DNA from: Candidatus Brocadia sp. | GTDB taxonomy: Bacteria > Planctomycetota > Brocadiia > Brocadiales > Brocadiaceae | Assembly (NCBI GenBank): GCA_021650915.1 | Contig: CP091279.1 | Span: forward strand, 1,320,001 to 1,352,000 | Direction: 5' to 3' | DNA length: 32,000 bases | Shown: one piece after another, positions 16,379 through 25,488 of the stretch | Layout: the number at the start of each line of letters is the position of its first letter | Position numbering within the stretch: position 1 is the first letter of the stretch | The notes under the pieces: model-generated | The model's input: only the letters and a program-made list of their open reading frames with translations | Told to the model about the DNA's origin: nothing | The model's database searches: none | Position numbers and translations under genes: made by a program

Positions 16379-16519
16379 TACCCCATTCAGAAATCCTGTA
16401 ATGCAGCAATACACACCCAACTCTTTCTCACGAGGCAAAGAGAAAAAAGGAACGAAAAATCTTGCTATAGCAAGAAGCTTTTGTACGGTACCACACGAAT
16501 AAATTTAAAGGAGAAGTAG

Positions 16520-16777
16520 ATGGCAGTAAGGCTAAGAATGAAAAGAATGGGACGGAAAAACAGACCCTATTACCGGATCGGCGCTTTTGACGCTCACGAA
16601 GAACGGGACGGAAAGGTAATTGAGAATCTGGGCACCTATGACCCGCTCGAATCAAATAATGAAAAACAGGTCACTTTGAAAAAAGACCGTGTTGAATATT
16701 GGTTGAGCGTCGGCGCAAAGCCAACAGAATCAGTTGCTGTCGTATTGAAGAAGTGTGGTGTTGCTTTAAAAAAATAG
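16520..16777 (+). CDS. rpsP: 30S ribosomal protein S16
   Basis: MAVRLRMKRMGRKNRPYYRIGAFDAHEERDGK... is a canonical S16 N-terminus. An SD AAAGGAGAAG lies upstream. Confidence 0.95.
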   Translation: MAVRLRMKRMGRKNRPYYRIGAFDAHEERDGKVIENLGTYDPLESNNEKQVTLKKDRVEYWLSVGAKPTESVAVVLKKCGVALKK

Positions 16778-16780
16778 ACC

Positions 16781-17455
16781 ATGCGTATCGACATTGTAAC
16801 GCTATTTCCTGAAATGTTTGAAAACGTACTGGGACACAGCATCTTAAAGATTGCGAGGGAAAAGAATCTTGTTCAATACCACCTCTTTAATATCCGGGAA
16901 TATGCAGACAACAGGCGATGCGTGGATGACCGTCCTTATGGCGGAGGACCGGGAATGGTGATAAAGCCAGAGCCCGTCTTTAATACGGTAGAGGCTATCG
17001 GACAACAAACCGACATTCCTTCAAAAAAGATTTTGTTGACACCGCAGGGACAGCGGCTTACTCAATCTATTGCAAAGGAACTGGCAAAAGAGCCCTATCT
17101 GATGCTGATGTGCGGGCATTATGAAGGCTTTGACGAGAGGATACGAACAGGGCTTGACGTATTCGAACTTTCGATTGGCGACTTTGTCCTTTCGGGTGGA
17201 GAGATACCAGCAATGGTTGTAATTGATGCGGTAGTTCGTCTGATACCTGGAGTGTTGGGTGATCTGGACTCTGCAATTAATGAATCGTTTAGCTGCGATT
17301 TGCTGGAACATCCTCAGTACACCCGTCCGGCTGATTACCGCGGTATGAAAGTACCTGAAGTGTTACTTTCCGGCCATCATCAGAAAATAAAGGAATGGCA
17401 AAAGGACCACGCTATAAAAAGAACCCGGGAAAGAAGGCCGGATCTTATTGAATAA
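16781..17455 (+). CDS. trmD: tRNA (guanine37-N1)-methyltransferase
   Basis: MRIDIVTLFPEMFE..., DDRPYGGGPGMV, CGHYEGFDERI and SIGDFVLSGGEIPAMV are all TrmD signatures. The ATG lies 3 nt after the rpsP stop. Confidence 0.95.
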   Translation: MRIDIVTLFPEMFENVLGHSILKIAREKNLVQYHLFNIREYADNRRCVDDRPYGGGPGMVIKPEPVFNTVEAIGQQTDIPSKKILLTPQGQRLTQSIAKELAKEPYLMLMCGHYEGFDERIRTGLDVFELSIGDFVLSGGEIPAMVVIDAVVRLIPGVLGDLDSAINESFSCDLLEHPQYTRPADYRGMKVPEVLLSGHHQKIKEWQKDHAIKRTRERRPDLIE

Positions 17456-17608
17456 AACCTGGTTCGGCTACGACACAACTGAGCCCATTCCAGCAAGGGG
17501 ACGAAGGAAATTACGAAATAACGTGCCAAAACATGCCCTCGTGAAAAGGGACGGGAATTTCAATTTTCTTCTTGAATTTAATAAGTTAAAAATAGGAGAC
17601 AAAAACGA

Positions 17609-18025
17609 ATGAATATAATTGACGCAATTGAAAAAGAGCAGATGAAAAAAGCCGTGCCACAATTCTCTGTGGGTGACCAGGTGGATGTATCTGTAAAGAT
17701 CATCGAAGGTGAAAAGGAACGCATCCAGGTCTTTAGCGGTGTGGTTATTGCCAAAAATGGCGGCGGTTTTAAAGAAACTTTTACCGTACGAAGAATCGTC
17801 CAGGGTGAAGGGGTAGAACGGGTCTTTCCCATTCATTCTCCGAAGATTGTTGATATTAAGGTATTAAAATCAGGACGGGTACGACGCGCAAAGCTCTATT
17901 ATATGCGTAAAAGGACGAGTAAGGGGACGAGATTGCAGGAAAAATTTGAATCACCGGCATCAAAAACGATTCCAGCACAAAGCACACAGACCCGGGGAAC
18001 TCAAACTCAAACTGATACGAAATAG
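17609..18025 (+). CDS. rplS: 50S ribosomal protein L19 with a short polar C-terminal extension
   Basis: PQFSVGDQVDVSVKIIEGEKERIQVFSGVVIAKNGGG..ETFTVRRI...VERVFPIHSP is a canonical L19 core. Confidence 0.95.
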   Translation: MNIIDAIEKEQMKKAVPQFSVGDQVDVSVKIIEGEKERIQVFSGVVIAKNGGGFKETFTVRRIVQGEGVERVFPIHSPKIVDIKVLKSGRVRRAKLYYMRKRTSKGTRLQEKFESPASKTIPAQSTQTRGTQTQTDTK

Positions 18026-18192
18026 CATCATCCACAAACAGGAACGCAAAAAACGGCCTCCCTGTGTCCCACATTACCAATGAGGATGCAGAGGGATGTT
18101 ATATAATTATAATTTTTGTTAAGATGGTAATCGTATACGTAGTCTGCAGAACCTCATGTCTCTTCTGATTACCTCGTTACAAGGACAAAAAA

Positions 18193-18648
18193 GTGCAATT
18201 GTTTTGCGCTAAATATGTGACTTCATTCATTCAGCTATTTAAGCAGAAAATTGCGGAAACGCCCCATACCAGGAGTAAAGGGGCACAAGGGGAACTCCTT
18301 GCTATAAAATTTCTGAAGAAAAAGGGCTATACCATACTCCAGCGAAATTACCGGCGCCGGAACGGAGAGATCGATGTTATTTGTTACGATCGCGGAACCA
18401 TCGTGTTTGTTGAAGTCAAAACGCGCCATTCTGATACCTATGGTCCTCCGGAACTCTCGGTGACAGAAGCAAAAAGGAGGCAAATTGTAAAAGTTGCCTC
18501 ACACTATGTTGCCAACAAGAAGATAGAAGGAATAGATCTGCGGTTTGATGTCGTTTCCATCTTTTACCCTCCGGATAAAAAACAGCCAACGATTACTCTC
18601 TTTAGCAATGCCTTTACCAAAAGCAATACCGCTCTTGTCAGGAAATAA
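18193..18648 (+). CDS. yraN: YraN family (UPF0102) predicted endonuclease
   Basis: GAQGELLAIKFLKKKGYTILQRNYRRRNGEIDVICYDRGTIVFVEVKTR is the UPF0102 core. The N-terminal about 25 aa (from GTG 18193) are probably not all translated, so the start is uncertain. Confidence 0.75.
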   Translation: MQLFCAKYVTSFIQLFKQKIAETPHTRSKGAQGELLAIKFLKKKGYTILQRNYRRRNGEIDVICYDRGTIVFVEVKTRHSDTYGPPELSVTEAKRRQIVKVASHYVANKKIEGIDLRFDVVSIFYPPDKKQPTITLFSNAFTKSNTALVRK

Positions 18649-18658
18649 AGCATAAGTT

Positions 18659-20029
18659 ATGATTATTGACACCCATGCACATCTTGATTTTCCTGACTAC
18701 AAAGCAGACCTGGAATCAGTTCTTTCTCGCGCAAAGGAAGCCGATATAGGCTGCATTATTAATGTAGGCACCAGCCTTGCTTCAAGCAAGAAGAGCGTTA
18801 CCCTGGCAAATCGATTTCCCCCTGTCTACGCCAGTATTGGCATCCATCCCCATGATGCATCAAAGGTCTCTGATCAAGACTGGCAGGCATTAGAATCCCT
18901 GGTAAACGAACCGAAGGTAATTGCCGTCGGGGAAACGGGGCTTGACTATTACCGGAATCGCAGTCCTCATGATGACCAGCAACGCATCTTTCACAAACAT
19001 CTGATCCTGGCGAAAAGACACAACCTGCCGGTGATCATCCATTGCCGGGATGCCAGTGATGATTGCTTGAAGATATTGGATGAGCACAAAAATGGTCTTC
19101 TTAAGGGAGTTGTGCATTGTTTTAGCGGAACAGCAGAGGTGGTGAAAAAATACCTAGAATTGGGATTATATGTGTCATTTGCCGGGCCGATTACCTTTTC
19201 AAACGCAAACAGCCTGAGAGAGGTTGCCAAATCGGTACCGGTGGAGCGGCTCCTCTTGGAAACCGATTGTCCTTTTCTGTCACCTCAGCAGAAAAGGGGA
19301 GAACGCAATGAACCAGCCTATCTATCTTTCATCATCCCCGTGCTGGCTTCGATCTATGGTTTGTCCGTATCGGATATCCAGCGAATCACCACCTTTAACG
19401 CACATATACTCTTTGGAATCGGGGAGACCGAATACGAAGGAAAGATTGCTTATGCCATCCGAAATTCGTTATACGTAAATCTTACCAATCGGTGCTCGAA
19501 CATGTGCGCCTTTTGCATGAGGGAGACCTACCCTATCGTTAAAGGGCATCATTTGGGATTAAAAAAAGAACCGACGACAGAAGAAGTAATTAATGCCATT
19601 GGCGATCCAGGTAGTTATAACGAAATCGTCTTTTGCGGTTATGGAGAACCTACAGAACGGCTAGATGTATTGATAGCCGTTGCACAATTTTTGAAGTCAA
19701 AGGGGAAACGCATTCGACTGGACACGAATGGTCATGGTGACCTGATCAATGGCAGGTCCATTATTCAGGAACTCAAAGGATTGATCGACACCATCTGTAT
19801 CAGTTTGAATGCCGAAACGGCTGAAAAATACGAAGAGATTTGTAAGCCCGTTTTTGGGAAAAGGGCGTATCCTGCCCTTATTCAGTTCATCAAGGATGCT
19901 AAACAGACAATACCCAACGTACAGGTTTCCATTGTAGACGTACCCGGTGTGAACGTGGAAAAATGTGAAGGCATCGCCCGGGAATTAGGCGTTGATTTCA
20001 GGGTACGAAACTATAATGTGCTTGGTTAA
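18659..20029 (+). CDS. Fusion protein: TatD-family metal-dependent hydrolase (about aa 1-255) + small radical SAM domain (about aa 262-456)
   Basis: TatD signatures are MIIDTHAHLDF, AVGETGLDYY, PVIIHCRDA, GVVHCFSG and LLLETDCPFL. A radical SAM domain follows, with CSNMCAFC (CxxxCxxC, nt 19493-19516) and FCGYGEPT. It is one uninterrupted ORF. Confidence 0.8.
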   Translation: MIIDTHAHLDFPDYKADLESVLSRAKEADIGCIINVGTSLASSKKSVTLANRFPPVYASIGIHPHDASKVSDQDWQALESLVNEPKVIAVGETGLDYYRNRSPHDDQQRIFHKHLILAKRHNLPVIIHCRDASDDCLKILDEHKNGLLKGVVHCFSGTAEVVKKYLELGLYVSFAGPITFSNANSLREVAKSVPVERLLLETDCPFLSPQQKRGERNEPAYLSFIIPVLASIYGLSVSDIQRITTFNAHILFGIGETEYEGKIAYAIRNSLYVNLTNRCSNMCAFCMRETYPIVKGHHLGLKKEPTTEEVINAIGDPGSYNEIVFCGYGEPTERLDVLIAVAQFLKSKGKRIRLDTNGHGDLINGRSIIQELKGLIDTICISLNAETAEKYEEICKPVFGKRAYPALIQFIKDAKQTIPNVQVSIVDVPGVNVEKCEGIARELGVDFRVRNYNVLG

Positions 20030-20121
20030 TGAAAGTGACTGGGAAAGTTTTTTTTCCCTTTGTTTTTCTCTGTGATTTCTAATTTTCCACAGTACATTTG
20101 ATTTTATGGAATTCTTAAGAT

Positions 20122-20601
20122 ATGTTACGAAAAGCAACAATAGCTGACGTAGAAAAGATTTACAAACTCATCAACGATTTTGCAGCAAAAAACGTGATGT
20201 TGCCTCGTTCGTTAAGCGAGCTCTATGAAAACATCCGGGACTTTTTTGTATTCATAGAGAATGATACTTTGATTGGTTGTGCAGCCCTGCATATTTTCTG
20301 GAAGGACCTTGCGGAGATAAAGTCGGTTGCTGTTATGGAATCACAGCAGCGTAAAGGTGTTGGTAAAAAACTTGCGATGGCTTGCATACGGGAGGCAAAA
20401 AAACTGCAAATTGCAAAGATGTTTGTCCTCACCTATGTGCCAGAATTTTTTGAAAAATGCGGATTCCATAAGGTAGAAAAGGAATCGCTTCCTCACAAGA
20501 TCTGGTCAGAATGCGTCAAATGTCATAAATTCCCTGACTGTGGTGAAATCCCGCTGATTTATGAATTGAACAAAAACCACGGGCACGGTGCTCCCGCGTA
20601 A
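20122..20601 (+). CDS. GNAT-family N-acetyltransferase (short ArgA-like amino-acid N-acetyltransferase type)
   Basis: It has the acetyl-CoA binding motif VAVMESQQRKGVGKKL and the overall pattern of short NAGS-like GNATs. The C-terminus is Cys-containing (WSECVKCHKFPDCG). Confidence 0.7.
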   Translation: MLRKATIADVEKIYKLINDFAAKNVMLPRSLSELYENIRDFFVFIENDTLIGCAALHIFWKDLAEIKSVAVMESQQRKGVGKKLAMACIREAKKLQIAKMFVLTYVPEFFEKCGFHKVEKESLPHKIWSECVKCHKFPDCGEIPLIYELNKNHGHGAPA

Positions 20602-20610
20602 TTTTTTTTT
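20580..20610 (+). terminator. Possible intrinsic terminator after the GNAT gene (weak stem + T9)
   Basis: A run of 9 T (20602-20610) starts right after the TAA stop. It is preceded only by a short CGGG/CCCG stem (20580-20583 / 20593-20596). The stem is weak, so confidence is low. Confidence 0.3.
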
Positions 20611-20931
20611 ATCACGAGACCTCTGATAGTACGCATACATGGGTTCACCATCACGCCGGTTCTCCCTTCGTTTCGATCAGGGAAAACCACCAGCCGCTCT
20701 GCGGCGGCTTTAGCCCTTCGTTAATAAAAACGAGAGAATGCACGCCTGCAACACGGCATTCCCTTGATTATTACCCCCCACAGCAGCGTCAACCTCCTTC
20801 GCTATCGCATTGATTCTGTTCTGGAGGAAATCCGGCATGGTACCCTAGTCGGCAACATAGTTCCGGCACTGGCTGTAGTTTGTCCATAAATCTTGTTCAA
20901 ATATTTCTATTAGTATGGTGTTTACTATACC

Positions 20932-20960
20932 TTGACATAAAACTCCCGATTTTGTAGTAT
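20932..20960 (+). promoter_or_regulatory. Strong sigma70-like promoter upstream of priA (TTGACA-17 nt-TAGTAT)
   Basis: A consensus -35 TTGACA is at 20932-20937, the spacer is 17 nt, and the -10 TAGTAT is at 20955-20960. This lies about 35 nt upstream of the ATG at 20996. Confidence 0.5.
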
Positions 20961-20995
20961 TTTACCGCTAGAATTACTATTTTAAAATCAGATCT

Positions 20996-23314
20996 ATGCC
21001 TGCCCATTTCCCCAATCAGCATCTCACGTCAACCCCTGGCGTTGACGTCCCACCGGAGTTGAACACCACACCAGCAAGTCGGTCCCCTCAAAAACGATAC
21101 GCAGAAATAGTTGTCGATATTCCTTTACAGAGGGTATTTCATTACGGTATCCCTCCTCACATACGAGAAAGCCTTACGGTCGGCATGCGGGTACGGATAC
21201 CCTTTGGAAACAAAATAATGGCAGGATTTTGTGTCGGATTTACTGATACCCCATTTACTGATAAAACAAAAGACATCCTAAGTATCATAGATACGTCCCC
21301 GCTAATTGATGACGTCATGCTGAAGATCACCCGCTGGTTATCGTTCCATTACTACTGCGGATGGGGGGAAGCAATCTCGGCAGTTGTTCCGTCTGTGGTG
21401 CGCAGTAAGAAAAAAGAGAGGTGGAATACCTTCGTTCGGCTCAAGGAACATACCGTAGCACTGAACCAGGAGGCCATCGCACAAATAAAGACCCGTGCGC
21501 CAAGACAGGCCAAGGCGCTCGAAATCCTTTTAGAGCATCCTGATGAAATAAGCGCCAAAGAATTAATCCGCATCTGTGGCTGCAAGATGCCTGGTCTGCG
21601 CCAATTGGAGGAAAAGGGTTTTATCACGATTGAAAACAAACCCTGTGACGTTACCCATACGATCAGCAATGCCGGACAATTGCAGCAACATTTAACCCTT
21701 ACCATGGATCAGCAACAGGCATTCGATATTATTTGCAATAAATTCACCGCTCCCAAGCCCGGCGTTCTCTTACTCCACGGCATTACTGGCAGCGGGAAGA
21801 CGGAGATATACCTTCAGACTATAAAAAAGACGCTTGAGCATAATCGCAAGGCCATATACCTCGTTCCTGAGATATCTCTTACCCCACAAACCATCCAAAG
21901 GATCAAGGCGCGGTTTAACCGGGTTGCCGTATTGCACAGCAGCCTACTGGGAACCGTCCACCAGTCACAGTGGAACGATATTAAGGAAGGCAAGGCAGAT
22001 ATTGTCATTGGCGCCCGATCATCCATCTTTGCCCCCCTGAAGGACATTGGACTAATCATTATCGATGAAGAACATGAGAACACGTATAAGCAGGAAACAA
22101 ACCCGCGATACAATGCCAGGGACATCGCCATTCTCCGGGCAACCTATGAAAATGCCATGGTGATCATGGGCACGGCAACGCCCTCCCTGGAAAGTTACGA
22201 TCAAGCCCTGAGCGGAAACTATGAAAAAATCGTGCTTCCCAGGAGAATTGGCGAACGGCAACTCCCACCGGTTGATATTGTCGATATGGGCGAGGAGGTC
22301 CGTAAGCGCCGGGGATACCACATCATTTCCCAGCGATTGGAATACTATATGAACCAATCTCTTGCCAGGAAGGAACAGGTGATTTTATTTTTAAATCGCA
22401 GAGGTTTTGCGCCGTATATCCACTGTAAACGATGCGGGTTTGTATTAAAATGCCAGAGATGCGACATCCCCATGACTTTCCATAAGAAAATTAATACGAT
22501 CTTGTGCCATTATTGTCACGCGGAAGCGCATCCACCGGAATCATGTCCGGATTGTTTGGCTAACAACATTACCTATCGTGGTTTCGGGACAGAAAGGATT
22601 GAAGATGAAATCAGGAACAAGTTTCCCGGTTATCAAATTATCCGGATGGACAGCGATACCATGCGTGTGCGTGACTCTCATGAAAAGGCGCTGACTGCGT
22701 TTGAACGGGGTGAGTTTCAGATATTGCTTGGCACACAAATGATTGCAAAAGGGCTGGACTTTCCCAACGTTACCCTGGTCGGGGTGATCTCGGCAGACAC
22801 CATCCTGAACCTTCCCGATTTCCGTGCGAGTGAGCGGACATTTCAACTCATTTCACAAGTTGCAGGCCGAACGGGCAGGGGGACCAAAGGCGGACGGGTA
22901 GTGGTACAATCATATAACCCCAGGCACTACAGCATCACGTATGCCGCTGCACATGATTATGACGGATTTGCAAAGAAGGAGTTGGAATATAGAAAACAAT
23001 TACAATACCCCCCTTTTGGAAAATTGGCACGGATCGTTTTCCGCAGTCCGCATGAAGAAAAGGCTAAGGAAAAATCTGCCATCATTGGTGATAAACTCAA
23101 AGACTTTGCGAAAATAAATGGGAATCGTCTTGAAATCCTTGGACCATCACCTGCCCCCGTGACCAAGATCAACAACCTGTTCCGGTGGCATATTTTATTG
23201 AAGGCACAGGATCACATCAGCATCCATAATGCCCTTCAGGGCATCGCAAACGCGCTAAAACCGTCAAAAGGCGTGCAAACGATGGTTGATGTTGATCCCT
23301 ATATGATGCTCTAA
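20996..23314 (+). CDS. priA: Primosomal protein N' (replication restart helicase PriA)
   Basis: It has Walker A (GITGSGKTEIY), the DEEH box (IIIDEEHE) and a Cys-rich Zn insertion (CKRCGFVLKCQRCDIPMTFH...CHYCH...CPDC). The C-terminal helicase motifs are also present (QVAGRTGRG). There is an N-terminal extension of about 35 aa before the conserved YAEIVVDIPL. Confidence 0.9.
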   Translation: MPAHFPNQHLTSTPGVDVPPELNTTPASRSPQKRYAEIVVDIPLQRVFHYGIPPHIRESLTVGMRVRIPFGNKIMAGFCVGFTDTPFTDKTKDILSIIDTSPLIDDVMLKITRWLSFHYYCGWGEAISAVVPSVVRSKKKERWNTFVRLKEHTVALNQEAIAQIKTRAPRQAKALEILLEHPDEISAKELIRICGCKMPGLRQLEEKGFITIENKPCDVTHTISNAGQLQQHLTLTMDQQQAFDIICNKFTAPKPGVLLLHGITGSGKTEIYLQTIKKTLEHNRKAIYLVPEISLTPQTIQRIKARFNRVAVLHSSLLGTVHQSQWNDIKEGKADIVIGARSSIFAPLKDIGLIIIDEEHENTYKQETNPRYNARDIAILRATYENAMVIMGTATPSLESYDQALSGNYEKIVLPRRIGERQLPPVDIVDMGEEVRKRRGYHIISQRLEYYMNQSLARKEQVILFLNRRGFAPYIHCKRCGFVLKCQRCDIPMTFHKKINTILCHYCHAEAHPPESCPDCLANNITYRGFGTERIEDEIRNKFPGYQIIRMDSDTMRVRDSHEKALTAFERGEFQILLGTQMIAKGLDFPNVTLVGVISADTILNLPDFRASERTFQLISQVAGRTGRGTKGGRVVVQSYNPRHYSITYAAAHDYDGFAKKELEYRKQLQYPPFGKLARIVFRSPHEEKAKEKSAIIGDKLKDFAKINGNRLEILGPSPAPVTKINNLFRWHILLKAQDHISIHNALQGIANALKPSKGVQTMVDVDPYMML

Positions 23315-23432
23315 AATGAGGATGTTTTATATCCAGACACGAGTACCGATAGTCTTTCCCGAGTAGGTCATTTTGAACCGGTAGTTACCAGTCATTTCAA
23401 AAACAAAGAATAAAACAGCACATGCACGCTAT

Positions 23433-24389
23433 CTATCTTGCCTGATTGAGAAATAAGATGAACTCGGTAAATAATTCCTTATCAAAACTACCGTCCATCT
23501 CATCTTTCATAATTTTTAATGCTGTAAATGGCTTTCGGGCATCACAATAAGGCCTTTTTGTTGTTAACGCGTCATATACGTCTATAATTGCTGCAATCTT
23601 GCCATACCTATGAATGGCATTACCCTCTAATCCTTTTGGATACCCCTTTCCATTGATTTTTTCATGATGTTGCATCACAGGGAGAAAGGATACTTCTTCA
23701 ATACCATCCGCGTGCGATAGCCTCTGTCCGCCAAATTCTACATGCATTTTTACCTTCTCAAATTCTTCATCTGTTAATGCTCCCTTTTTGTTTATGATAT
23801 CAGAAGCAACGTTAGTTTTACCTATATCATGCAACATTAACCCTATTCCAACCGCATTCATCTCATCTAATTCCACATCTATATATTTCATAAACAACAA
23901 ACCTAATACGGCCACATTTACTGAGTGTGTGTAGGTATAGTAATCAAAAGAAAGTATATTCATTAACACAGAGGCATTTTGGTCTCGTATAATCATAGCG
24001 GTAGCATTACTTACCCAGTCTTTAACACGCCCTACCGGCACACCGGAACGAGGATCACGAAAAATATCTTCCATAATATTCTTCGCAACATCATACACTA
24101 TCCTTGCTTTTTCTGCTTTGTTTATGTCATCATCAATAATCTTTTTAAGGCAGGGTTCAAGGTATTTTAGATATATTTTCTGATCACGTTCGTGGATATA
24201 TAAGCTTTCTATTTTATTCTTTTTTAATCCTGACACTTTCTCCTGGCTAAACACTTTTGTTCCTTCACAATATAATATATAGTGAATTTCTTTGTTTTCG
24301 TAATGTTTCAGATAAAGATCACAGCCCACATTTGTATTAATCAGAATTGTGTTTAGAGATACAGGTATATACACATCTGATCCATTCAT
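23433..24389 (-). CDS. HD-GYP domain c-di-GMP phosphodiesterase with an uncharacterised N-terminal domain
   Basis: It has HDIGK and HHEKINGKGYPKGL (the HD...HHExxxGxGYP signature). The ATG lies 3 nt after the stop of the upstream 93-aa ORF. Confidence 0.85.
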   Translation of the reverse strand: MNGSDVYIPVSLNTILINTNVGCDLYLKHYENKEIHYILYCEGTKVFSQEKVSGLKKNKIESLYIHERDQKIYLKYLEPCLKKIIDDDINKAEKARIVYDVAKNIMEDIFRDPRSGVPVGRVKDWVSNATAMIIRDQNASVLMNILSFDYYTYTHSVNVAVLGLLFMKYIDVELDEMNAVGIGLMLHDIGKTNVASDIINKKGALTDEEFEKVKMHVEFGGQRLSHADGIEEVSFLPVMQHHEKINGKGYPKGLEGNAIHRYGKIAAIIDVYDALTTKRPYCDARKPFTALKIMKDEMDGSFDKELFTEFILFLNQAR

Positions 24390-24392
24390 TTT

Positions 24393-24674
24393 CTAGGCCT
24401 CTATGTCAACAATATTCCCATCTTGATCATCCTCTTCATGTGTTTTAGGGTAATTTTCTTCTATCCCTTGTTTATCCATGACAGATTCATGCTTTATCGG
24501 TGCAACTGTTTTCTCCCGCATTTTACCCTCTTTCCTTTTTCTCTTGTTTTTATCGAATGCAAAAGAACCTTCACCCTTGTGCTCAGCGACAACACGTTGC
24601 ACAGAGGTACACAACAAAGGGCGATCTTCCCGCGCTAATCTCATATCATCCATAATACGTTTCCCAACAGACAA
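24393..24674 (-). CDS. Highly charged small protein (93 aa from TTG 24674, or 86 aa from ATG 24653), unknown function
   Basis: The ORF lies between fliA (stop 24688) and the HD-GYP gene (start 24389) with 13-nt and 3-nt gaps. It has a basic centre (KNKRKRKEGKMREK) and an acidic tail (HEEDDQDGNIVDIEA). I recognise no motif. Coding status is inferred from the tight spacing. Confidence 0.5.
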   Translation of the reverse strand: MSVGKRIMDDMRLAREDRPLLCTSVQRVVAEHKGEGSFAFDKNKRKRKEGKMREKTVAPIKHESVMDKQGIEENYPKTHEEDDQDGNIVDIEA

Positions 24675-24687
24675 AACGACGACATGT

Positions 24688-25452
24688 TTAGCAAGTATTC
24701 ATGGACATCTTACTCATCTTTGCCCGAAGCAAGAATAAAGCCCTGTGGTGAAGCTGGGATATTCTTGATTCTGAGATGCCCATAATCTCGCTTATTTCTC
24801 TCAACATGAGATCCTCGAAGTAATACAAACTAATTACCAGCCGTTCCTTTTTCGGAAGTTCTGCAATGGCATTGGCCAACAAAGCTTTTTCTTCTTTTGT
24901 TTCTAAATCTTTTAGCGGATCGTAAGACTTCGGGTCGCGAATTTCCTGGCATCTTGCACTCTCTCCCGTTTTATCTGACTTTTGATAATAGTCTTCCAGA
25001 GAGAGAAACGTACCCAAACTAATTCCCGTTAGCAGTTTTTCCCATTCTGCAGGGTCCATTTTAAGCTCCGCAGCCATCTCTTCTGAACTTGGCGGTCTAT
25101 TCAGTTTTTGTCCTAAAGCCATATATGCACCTTTCACCATGGATGCTTTGTCCCGCATGGAACGTGGCAGCCAGTCCTGAGATCTTAAATGGTCCAGAAT
25201 TGCTCCCCGTATACGGGGAATGGCGTACGTTCCAAACTTCGTGTTATTCCCCGGATCATACTTTTCTTCAGCTTCCAGAAGACCAAGGATGCCGTATTCT
25301 ATAAGATCTTCCTTGTCAACAAATGAAGGTAAATAAATCATAATCTTACCCACCACATACTTCACCAATGGAAGATTTTCCATAATTAATTTATCACGCC
25401 TTACTAAATTTTCATGTGTGTAACCTGATTTATCTTTATTCACCGCACCCAT
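24688..25452 (-). CDS. fliA: Flagellar sigma factor sigma-28 (FliA/WhiG family)
   Basis: Region 2 is LPLVKYVVGKI...DLIEYGILGLLEAEEKYDP..FGTYAIPRIRGAILDHLR. Region 4 is LPKKERLVISLYYFEDLMLREISEIMGISESRISQLH. An SD AAGGAAAG lies upstream. Confidence 0.9.
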   Translation of the reverse strand: MGAVNKDKSGYTHENLVRRDKLIMENLPLVKYVVGKIMIYLPSFVDKEDLIEYGILGLLEAEEKYDPGNNTKFGTYAIPRIRGAILDHLRSQDWLPRSMRDKASMVKGAYMALGQKLNRPPSSEEMAAELKMDPAEWEKLLTGISLGTFLSLEDYYQKSDKTGESARCQEIRDPKSYDPLKDLETKEEKALLANAIAELPKKERLVISLYYFEDLMLREISEIMGISESRISQLHHRALFLLRAKMSKMSMNTC

Positions 25453-25488
25453 TTTCGCTTTCCTTTATAAAAAACCATAGTTGTTACG

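Noticed and set aside
20822-20866. GGAGGAAATCCGGCA, and about 20 nt later ACATAGTTCCGGCAC, resembling the RNase P RNA P4 strands (GAGGAAAGUCCGG / ACAGAACCCGGCUUA).
   Set aside because: In real RNase P RNA these strands are about 290 nt apart and complementary. Here they are about 20 nt apart and form a direct repeat, not a complementary pair. The other conserved regions are absent.
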